Positions 30,679 through 39,100 of a DNA stretch of 64,000 bases are shown piece by piece. Source of the stretch: Cyanobacteria bacterium P01_A01_bin.123. GTDB taxonomy: Bacteria > Cyanobacteriota > Cyanobacteriia > Phormidesmidales > Phormidesmidaceae. The stretch's first letter is position 1, and every line of letters starts with the position of its first letter. The stretch lies in NCBI GenBank assembly GCA_039815185.1, contig JBCBZT010000006.1, forward strand, positions 152,239 to 216,238. Direction: 5' to 3'. Position numbers and translations under genes: made by a program. A model generated the notes under the pieces. That model was not told the origin of the DNA and made no database searches. It was given only the letters and a program-made list of their open reading frames with translations.

Positions 30679-31758
30679 TTAGTCATCGGTTTTGCGATCA
30701 CCAGGAGGAAGGGTCAGGTTTTCAAGCTGAACCTGGATGTAGAAAACCCAGAGGAGCGTTACAAATTCCTCGAGTAGCCGTAGGCAAATTAACCAGGGAG
30801 AAGTTTTTGCTTGCTTCATCCGCCTATGCATAATACCCAGCTCAGCAACACACTCCTCTGGCAGGAAGGCGATGAATTGCATCGTGTAGGGGAGGTGATA
30901 GGCACCTCGCAGCCTAATCAGCAGCATTGACATAGTCAGAAATATGAATAACGATACGCCTAGCAAGATGGCCGACTGGAGCAACACACGGGTACGACTA
31001 GGCTCACTCGTTAAAAGCTGCTCTAAAGACTGTCCTTGGTGAAGCGTCAAACCGTGAGTTCGCTTTAACTCAGCTTTTACGGTAGTTACCAATAAATGCT
31101 CTTGTAACAAAGCCTGAGCCAGATTCTGGGCCTGGGCTAGCTCCAGAACCAGATTCTGAGCCAGCTCAAGATCTGGAGCCAGCTCCAAACTCCGAGCCAG
31201 ATTCTGAGCCAGCTCCAAACTCCGAATCAGATCCTGAGCCAGAGCCAGAGCCTGATGCGGAGCCAGAGCCCAAATCGCGCCCAGAGGCAGATTATGATTT
31301 GAAGCCTGATCCGAAACCAGAGCCCCAACCAGAACCCTAGCCAGAGCCTGACCCAGATACAGATCCTGAGTCAGATCCTGAGCCAGATCCTGAGCCAAAG
31401 CCAGATCCTGAGCCGAAGCCAGATCCTGAGCCAAAGCCAGATCCTGAGCCAAAGCCAGATCTAGATCCTGAATATCCTGAATACCCAATAAAGAGCGGGT
31501 CGCAGACAACTGCTTTTCCTGGGCTATGGCTTGAATTTCAAGTTTCGCCTGTTCCACTGCCTCGGAAGAACTATTCTCGTCGGTTACAACTTCTACTAAC
31601 CGTGCAAGCTCAAGTGACCATGATGGCTGTTGCGGACGATGCTGTAGCACAGTTTGTAACTGTAAGGCGGAAAACCCAAGCGCAATCAAAGTTCCAAACC
31701 CCATGATCAGGCGATCGCGACAAACCCTTCGCAAATCCTGCTTCATTACCTTATCCAT
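30679..31758 (-). CDS. Membrane protein with DLALAQ/LAQDL low-complexity repeats; PadR partner
   Basis: GGAGG SD; ATG 31758 overlaps padR stop; TM segments flank the repeat region. Confidence 0.7.
   Translation of the reverse strand: MDKVMKQDLRRVCRDRLIMGFGTLIALGFSALQLQTVLQHRPQQPSWSLELARLVEVVTDENSSSEAVEQAKLEIQAIAQEKQLSATRSLLGIQDIQDLDLALAQDLALAQDLASAQDLALAQDLAQDLTQDLYLGQALARVLVGALVSDQASNHNLPLGAIWALAPHQALALAQDLIRSLELAQNLARSLELAPDLELAQNLVLELAQAQNLAQALLQEHLLVTTVKAELKRTHGLTLHQGQSLEQLLTSEPSRTRVLLQSAILLGVSLFIFLTMSMLLIRLRGAYHLPYTMQFIAFLPEECVAELGIMHRRMKQAKTSPWLICLRLLEEFVTLLWVFYIQVQLENLTLPPGDRKTDD
31100..31480. repeat. Coding tandem repeats (12/18/24-nt units built on GCCAGATCCTGA)
   Basis: GCCAAAGCCAGATCCTGA repeated at 31393-31460, with related units nearby. 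Confidence 0.85.
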
Positions 31759-32131
31759 GACCAGCACCTCCCCACATCGCTTGTCCCTGAGCTGCCCGTT
31801 GAGCAAGAGAGGCCCGATATTGCTGTACAGTGCTCAAGGAGCGAGCACCCAAGCCCGTCACCTTGTAGTATTTACGCCGGGCACCACCAGATTCATCAAC
31901 CTCATCACCCCATTGCCAGGAAACCAATCCCTTTTTCTCCAGCCGATTGAGAGCGGGATAGAGACTACCAAACTTAAGCGCGATAGGCCGATCGAGATTG
32001 AGCTGATCGAGAATTTCGAGGCCGTATAGCTCTCGTCCAAGCAATACCGTTAGGATGTCCTCATCAATAGCTGACAACCGTACAGGCTTTGAGGGCTTAT
32101 CTTTTGGGTCTTTCTTCTGTTTGGGAGGCAT
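31751..32131 (-). CDS. PadR family transcriptional regulator
   Basis: ELYGLEI, GSLYPALNRLEKKG, RRKYYKVTGLG. Confidence 0.92.
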   Translation of the reverse strand: MPPKQKKDPKDKPSKPVRLSAIDEDILTVLLGRELYGLEILDQLNLDRPIALKFGSLYPALNRLEKKGLVSWQWGDEVDESGGARRKYYKVTGLGARSLSTVQQYRASLAQRAAQGQAMWGGAGHG

Positions 32132-32224
32132 AATACCTACCTGAACAATATCTAAGTATCTATGGATCTATATTATTGTAAAAACATATAATTGTCCACA
32201 CATTTATAAAGCTCATTGAAAAAT

Positions 32225-32249
32225 CGACTCAACGCTTAGCATTGAGTCG
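32225..32249 (-). terminator. Terminator after cNMP-binding gene
   Basis: Minus strand CGACTCAATGC-TAA-GCGTTGAGTCG-ATTTTT. Confidence 0.55.
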
Positions 32250-32383
32250 CCTAGGTGCTACAACAATCTTCCCAATCGTGCGCCGCTTCCCAATCATCCG
32301 GTGCACGATCGCTAACGGCCACACCTTCACAGACACCTTCTACCGTCACGTTTCCCAAGCGATCGCGTCCTTACCCCCTACCC

Positions 32384-33004
32384 TCACCGCCGGAGCTTAG
32401 ATCCAAAGGGAGACCCATTGCGAAAGTAGTTGTCATCTGGAGAATGAGCTGGATTATTGGAGACTGGCAAATCTGACCCATTGCTGGATAAAGGGGAAAA
32501 CATGAGTTCTGAGTTCGGTGCTGCTAATACAGGTTCAGGGGATTCTGAATGCGTTTTAGAGACCGGGATATCTTGTTTCGCAGCATTGAGCTCTCTGTTG
32601 AGCTCTCGAATACGCCGAGACAAAAGGCGAATGATATTGACCGCAATGCCAGGTGTCTCGTCAATAGCCTCATACAGTTGCTGCTGAGTCAAGACTAAGC
32701 AGTCACAGGGTTCTAACGTTGAGACAGAGGCAGAGCGAGGTTCAGCGTCAAATAGAGACATCTCACCAAAACAGGTGCCTTCGTCAAGCTCAGCGAGATT
32801 TTTCTCGTTGAGGTGAACCCGCACCTTACCCGAGACAACAATATAGAGCGATCGCCCCTCTTGCCCCTCAGTAAAAATTGAATAGTCCGCAGGGAACGAC
32901 AATTCGTCCATAATGGACGCCAAGCGGACTAGAAAATCGTCCCGCAGTTCTTTAAAGATGGGGACACCCCGAACAAATAAAAGTCGATCAACACTAGTTA
33001 ACAT
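32384..33004 (-). CDS. Cyclic nucleotide-binding domain protein
   Basis: MLTSVDRLLFVRGVPIF, IFTEGQEG, FGEMSLFD, PRSASV. Confidence 0.88.
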   Translation of the reverse strand: MLTSVDRLLFVRGVPIFKELRDDFLVRLASIMDELSFPADYSIFTEGQEGRSLYIVVSGKVRVHLNEKNLAELDEGTCFGEMSLFDAEPRSASVSTLEPCDCLVLTQQQLYEAIDETPGIAVNIIRLLSRRIRELNRELNAAKQDIPVSKTHSESPEPVLAAPNSELMFSPLSSNGSDLPVSNNPAHSPDDNYFRNGSPFGSKLRR

Positions 33005-33174
33005 AACCTTTGAAATCCACAGACGGCGCCTGAGTGTTTTACCTAACAAAACTTCAGTTCAAGCATGCCCGTCGGCGGTGAAAATCAACCTTACGAACAG
33101 TGGAGGTTTCAGGAACTCACAGCTTGAATGTGCTTATTGGAGACTGTTTCGACGATTCTGTCAAGAAAATATCG

Positions 33175-33756
33175 ATGTTAACTCATCAACCCGTGACGCG
33201 ATGTTTTATGGTTTTGTGCTTTGGCGCAGCAGTAATGGTCGTGGCTGCGGAATGGCAAGCCTACCCCAATCGGCGAGATGCCCATATTCGGCCTGTCCCG
33301 GCTCGGCTAGCCAGTATCTGGGTGAATCAAGTCGCCCAGGCGTCGGAAATTCCCCTAGCCTCGGCTGAAGACCAAGCGTTGATCGTTAGCCTTAGCGAGC
33401 GGCGAGTCACTTTATATGAAGCGGGAGACGCAATTGTTCACTACGACATTGCCGTGGGTCAAGACGATTGGCAAACCCCTACCGGCGAATTTTCGGTGAT
33501 GGACAAGCGCAAACATCCGGCTTGGCAACATCCGATTACAGGGCAGGTTTTTCAAGCGGGGCCAGAGAATCCGCTGGGGTCTCGCTGGATTGGGTTTTGG
33601 TCAGACGGGCAATACTTTATTGGCTTCCATGGCACTAACCAAGAAGATCTCATCGGTCAGGCGGTTTCCCACGGATGTATTCGGATGCGCGATCGCGATA
33701 TTCAAGCCCTTTACGACCAAATCGCCATAGGCATTCCTGTGATTGTTAAACCTTAA
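33175..33756 (+). CDS. L,D-transpeptidase (YkuD family); start uncertain
   Basis: TPTGEF, NPLGSRW, GFHGT, VSHGCIRM. Confidence 0.88.
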   Translation: MLTHQPVTRCFMVLCFGAAVMVVAAEWQAYPNRRDAHIRPVPARLASIWVNQVAQASEIPLASAEDQALIVSLSERRVTLYEAGDAIVHYDIAVGQDDWQTPTGEFSVMDKRKHPAWQHPITGQVFQAGPENPLGSRWIGFWSDGQYFIGFHGTNQEDLIGQAVSHGCIRMRDRDIQALYDQIAIGIPVIVKP

Positions 33757-33779
33757 AAAGTTCAGGGGTTGGGATTCTT

Positions 33780-34730
33780 TCAGGAATCCGATGCTTGACT
33801 CGCGATTGCCTGTCTTAAGCTGGCTTGATTTGCTGTCAATACCTCAGCGGCGACGACAGCCTCTAACCCCGTCCAGTGCATCATCAACGCAAGTTTGACA
33901 TTGCGATCGCTTCTATCCAGCAATTCCCCCGCCTGGTCACGATCGAGGTCAGTCAAGTCGCAGAGAATACGCAGGGCGCGATCGCGCAGTTTGGTATTCG
34001 TCACCGACACATCTACCATGCGATTGCCGTAGACCTTGCCTAGCTTAACCATGACGCCCGTAGAAAGAATATTCAGCGCCATTTTAGTTACCGTACCGGC
34101 CTTTAGCCGGGTAGAGCCCGCCAAAATTTCCGGGCCCACCAGCAGGCGAATGTCGACATCTACGGCGGCAGGCACCTGATCAGCCGGGACACAGGCCATA
34201 AAAATGGTTGTCGCTCCCCGCCGCTGGGCTTCTCGTAAAGCACCGTGAACATAAGGGGTCGTGCCCCCAGCGGTAATGCCCACCACCACATCATGCTGAT
34301 TGATATGGCGTTCGGCAATCGCGTGTCCGCCATCTTCAGCAATGTCTTCTAGCCCTTCAGAACTCCGCACCAACGCCCCTGCCCCCCCGGCAATAATGCC
34401 CTGCACCAACTCCGGTGGCGTACAAAACGTGGGGGGACACTCCGCTGCGTCCAACACGCCGAGACGACCGCTGGTGCCCGCCCCCACATAATAGAGATGG
34501 CCACCTTGGCAGAGGGCAGCTGCAGTTTTGTCAATGGCTTCAGCTAGGATGTCCTTTGCCGCTGCGATCGCGTCGAGGGTGCGCTGATCTTCGCGGTTAA
34601 ACAGCGCCACGATTTCTGGAGACGACAGCAGATCAAGCTGGAGGCTGTCAGGATTATTTTGCTCCGTTAAAAGATAACCCCGATTCACTAGGGCATCATC
34701 TTGGGGAGTCGCGGCAGGATTGACAGGCAT
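33780..34730 (-). CDS. murQ: N-acetylmuramic acid 6-phosphate etherase
   Basis: GAGTSGRLGVLDAAECPPTF, GSTRLKAGT, GNRMVD. Confidence 0.95.
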   Translation of the reverse strand: MPVNPAATPQDDALVNRGYLLTEQNNPDSLQLDLLSSPEIVALFNREDQRTLDAIAAAKDILAEAIDKTAAALCQGGHLYYVGAGTSGRLGVLDAAECPPTFCTPPELVQGIIAGGAGALVRSSEGLEDIAEDGGHAIAERHINQHDVVVGITAGGTTPYVHGALREAQRRGATTIFMACVPADQVPAAVDVDIRLLVGPEILAGSTRLKAGTVTKMALNILSTGVMVKLGKVYGNRMVDVSVTNTKLRDRALRILCDLTDLDRDQAGELLDRSDRNVKLALMMHWTGLEAVVAAEVLTANQASLRQAIASQASDS

Positions 34731-34767
34731 CTTCAGATCTACAAGATCAAGTCTGCGAGAACACCCC

Positions 34768-35535
34768 TTACTTTATCAGCCGGAGGTTCAGAGGATAGCG
34801 AAACAACTGGCGATCGCCCGCTTTAACCGCCCCTAAAATCATGCAAACCAGCTCAAACAGCGCCAACGGAATCACCAGCAAAAAGCCGATCAAGATGACA
34901 AATAAAGCCGCTACGACCATCCAGCAGATCAACATGGAAATCTGGAAGTTCAGCGCCTCCTTTGCTTGTGCTTTGACAAACGGGGAATCTTTGCCCTTAG
35001 TGAACAAAATCACCAGCGGAAATGCAAGCCGCCCGATTAACCCAACAGACCCAGTGCCCCAGAATAACAAGAAACTGTCGTTACCCAACCACAACAGATA
35101 ACCCAACAGCGGTCCAAGGTGAGCCAGCAGGGCAAACAGCCGTTCTTCGGATGGGGCAATCAAGCCAGATGGCTCAACGGGACTCAGTGAAGAAGCTGAA
35201 AGATTAGAGGCATCGGCGATCGCGGATTCTGGCGTGGGCTTTTCTGGCAACGCCACCGTCGCCGACCAATCGGGAAATTCGCTGTCTGTCCGCTTGCTGT
35301 AGATGCTGACTTCGTACAAACCTGGAATCGCCAGACGAATCATACCCTGGTGAATACGCGGGAGTACCGTATCTCGATCGAGGGGAATAGCCGATTCCAG
35401 CAAAATTTTTAAATGTTGGTCGTTGCGCTGGGCACTTGCACTCACACCATCTGTTTGTAACGATTGGTTGATCAATTGGGCGATCGCATCCACATCTCCC
35501 TGTCTAGCTCGCTTTACCCAATCTGAATCGACCAT
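34768..35535 (-). CDS. DUF4870 membrane protein with cyanobacterial N-terminal domain
   Basis: AKEALNFQIS, RYPLNLRLIK. Confidence 0.75.
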   Translation of the reverse strand: MVDSDWVKRARQGDVDAIAQLINQSLQTDGVSASAQRNDQHLKILLESAIPLDRDTVLPRIHQGMIRLAIPGLYEVSIYSKRTDSEFPDWSATVALPEKPTPESAIADASNLSASSLSPVEPSGLIAPSEERLFALLAHLGPLLGYLLWLGNDSFLLFWGTGSVGLIGRLAFPLVILFTKGKDSPFVKAQAKEALNFQISMLICWMVVAALFVILIGFLLVIPLALFELVCMILGAVKAGDRQLFRYPLNLRLIK

Positions 35536-35581
35536 TTCATCCCCCAGCCTTTCAGCACTTCCCCACGTTCAACGCCTGCAA

Positions 35582-35977
35582 CTACAACAACCCCTCTAAC
35601 CGTTGGCGAATTTTATCCATCTCAGCATCAGACATCGCTGTAGCTGCATCCTCGCCTCCTGAGGGGAACGATGCCTCGGGTTTTGCGTCAGGATCCCAGT
35701 CGGGGTCGGCAACATTGGTTTCCGGTGGCATGGCCAGCATGCCTTCTTCTACGAGGGCACAGTCATAGCCCGCCCCTTGGCAAAATTCTTCAATTTCATC
35801 TGAATCAATGGGCTCTACTGACGGATTGGGCAAATCTTGAGCTTCTAGCATCAACCCGTATCGAATCGCGTCATCCTCATTTTCAAACATCAACACCACA
35901 TTGCGATCGCCCATTTTTAGGGTGTGGATGCCAGCATTGTCGCTGTTGGCATTAAATAAGACCACAAACACTTGCAT
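35582..35977 (-). CDS. DUF3110 family protein
   Basis: VFVVLFNA, GIHTL, MLEAQD, IRQRLEGLL. Confidence 0.8.
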   Translation of the reverse strand: MQVFVVLFNANSDNAGIHTLKMGDRNVVLMFENEDDAIRYGLMLEAQDLPNPSVEPIDSDEIEEFCQGAGYDCALVEEGMLAMPPETNVADPDWDPDAKPEASFPSGGEDAATAMSDAEMDKIRQRLEGLL

Positions 35978-36195
35978 GACCTTTGACTCACCTTGCTGCT
36001 GGTTCTATCTTATGTTGAGCAGTCCCTCTGATTACGATCGGCCTGACCACGGCTCGGAAAATTCGGTCAGTTTTAGGATAAATCATCCCCAATTGAGAAA
36101 AACTGAGACCTAATGAAGAAATTAATTTAGGACTTGGCAGCGCGAAACGTTCACGGTTTCATTAATATTGGTGGGATGGGTGGTGTGAGACTAGA

Positions 36196-39100
36196 ATGAC
36201 AAATTCTCCCAATGGCGGACGAAATTCAGGCCGAACTGAACGCCCCCGTCGCCGTCGATTTTGGGTCAATACGGGGTTAACTGCTGGCGCGATCGCGATT
36301 TTGGGGCTTGCGGGCGGAATCTGGTGGGGTTGGGTATTTGTCAACAATCGGCTTTCCCCCCTGGTTGCTAGGCTATTGACTGAGTTTTTAGATCGACCGG
36401 TAGAATTCGGCGATGTCGAGCGGGTGACGCTTTCGAGTATTCGCATCGGTCCTTCGGCAATTCCAGCGACTGACACTGACCCGGACGAGGTGTTTGTCGA
36501 ATCGTTGGACGTCAGATTTAATCTGTTCCGCAGCCTGTTCTCTCGTAAGCTGCGACTTAATGTTGAAGTCAACGGCGTCACCGGCTATTTTGAGCAAGAC
36601 GCCGACGGTCAATGGGTTGATGTTGAGATCGATTTGCCCGAGCGAGATCCGGACGAGGAGGGATTTTTTCAAATCAAAGCGGGCACGATTCGCTTCAGTG
36701 ACAGTGAAGTTGTCTTAATTCCATACGCAGAATCAGAAACGCCAGCGGAGTCAGCCATACCAGAGGGCACTGATCCGACCGCAGAGACAGGATCTGAAGA
36801 GGCAGGATCCGAAAAGCTTTCAGACGTTCTAGACAATTCAGACGGGTTAGCGACGGGCTTAGGCACGCCAGTGACGCTAGGGGCAGTCGAGGGGCAGGTT
36901 TCCTTTACCGATCTGAACCTGGAAGAGGAATTAGGTGAAGGCTTCGACATTGAAACCCAACAAATTGATCTTGACGTAACCACCAAACCAGGACGAGGCG
37001 GTGATTTGACCGTTAAAGGCGCATTTTTACCCATTCCCAAACCGGAAGATGATCCGGCGGGTGAAGGCAGCCTCCAAGCCAATCTAACAGTGCAGTCTCA
37101 AGACATTAACATCCAAGATATTGTGCCTCTGGTGTTGTCCCTTGTCCCCAAGGTTCCCGTCACCATTACCGACGTTGAGGGAACGCTCGATGGCAACGTA
37201 GACATTACCATTCATCCTGATAGTCCGGTGACGTTGCAGGGCACAGCCCAGGTCAATCAAGCAGCCGTGGCTATGGATCTGCTCCCCCAAGCGATTGAAG
37301 ACATCAATGGCACGGTACGCTTTAAAGATACGGTGCTGACGCTAGAAGATGTGGTGGCCAGCTATGGCGATATTGACGCCAACGGTGGCGGCACCCTCGA
37401 CTACATGGGCGACTATGACCTAGCCGCAACCGTCGATAGCTTTAGCATTGAACAAGTTGTCGATACCCTCGATGTTGACCTGCCCATTCCAGCAGAGGGG
37501 CTATTTACCGCTGACGTTACAGTGCAGGGCCCCCTAGCCCAACCCGAAATCGCCGGCACGCTTGAATCACTGGGGAATACAGTCATTGATCAAGTCGCTT
37601 TCGCTGATGTCAGCCTCGACTTTGCCTTTGCTAACGCTCAGCTGATCTTCGAGTCGTTTAGCCTGATTCCCACAGCAGGGGGCAGCTTGGTCGGTCGGGG
37701 GCAGTTTACCCTAGGTCAACCTAGAACCCTATTTTTGCAGGCAGAAGGACGGGATTTGCCTGCTGATGCGATTGGTCGCCTCTATGGATTACCTGAGACC
37801 GTCACCCTAGGTGCTGTCGCCCTAGACGCCGAAGTGTCTGGGCCGCTGGACAATTTGCAGGGGCTGGTCAGCTGGCAAGCACCCAATGGCGACTATCCGG
37901 CTCGTGGTGAGCTTGCCCTGAGCGGGCAGCAAATTGACTTCCGCAACACGGTGGTACAGGTGGCTGGGGGACTAGTGCGTGGTGAAGGCACTCTCGCCAA
38001 TGGATTATGGAATGCTCGTGTCCAAGGGGAAGGGATTCAACTGGGGCGCTTTGCCGCTAATCTGCAGGGCAGCTCTGCTGGTGGGGATGTTCAGCTTTCA
38101 GGCAGCTTGGATGATTTGAGCCTGGGCGGTATTCGCGGGGACGGCACGGTATTTGCCCAGATTGCTGGGGGGGAGATCTCGGGGACGGCCAATTTAGCCA
38201 ACGGCCTTTGGCGCAGCAATTTGCAGGCTTCTGGGGTGCAGCTCAATACTTTTGCCCAACAGCTCCAGGGTGCGGCTAGCGGCGATGTGCAGCTTTCAGG
38301 CAGCATAGATGATTTGAGTTTGGCAGGGATTCGCGGGGAAGGCGACTTGGCCCTATCCCAAGGGTTAGCTAGCTTTGCCGGGTTTGCGCCCGAGTTAGCC
38401 AATGTGAATAGTCCGCTAACGGCGGCGGTGGCCTGGGACGGGAGCCAAATTCAGGTGCAGCAGGCGGATACCGCTGGGATCAGTGCTAATGGTGTGATCG
38501 TGCCCCGTTTATCGGGCCCTGGCGCACCAACCATTGCCAATTTAGACCTGAATTTGGTGGTGCGGGATTATGATTTGGCGGCATTGCCGGCACCGTTGCC
38601 CAATAGCATCATGCTGCGCGGACGCGGTGATTTTACCGGGCGCTTGCAGGGCAGTTTGGCCACGCTATCGCTAGATGGGGATGCCCAACTGACCGATTTG
38701 GCGGTGAATGACTTGGCTTTTGAACCACAGCTTTCAGGGCCGGTGGCCTTTACCCTGGGCGATCGCGTTGCGATTGACTTGACTGGCAACAGCGATCGCT
38801 TGCAGGTGAATTACGCCTTTAGCGATCGCGCCCTTGATTTTGACATCAGAACTACGGCCCAAAATGTGAGGGGTGAAACCCTAGAAGCGATCGCCATAGG
38901 CAACACCGATGGCGATACGCTGTACGCTGAAATCAGGAACTTTCCTCTTTCAGCGCTGAATCTGCCCCCTGATGGCGTCGGTGGGTATGGTCAAGTGCGG
39001 GGGGTTGTCGATCAGGCAGATTTAGCCATTAATTTGGCCAATCCCAGTGGCCTTGATTTTGTGGGCGAAGTCGCACTCAGCGATCCGGGGCTGGGCTATA

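Noticed and set aside
31100..31480. CRISPR or noncoding satellite
   Set aside because: Units are multiples of 3 inside an open reading frame.
37980..38345. Internal duplication in TamB
   Set aside because: Repeated beta units are expected in cyanobacterial TamB.
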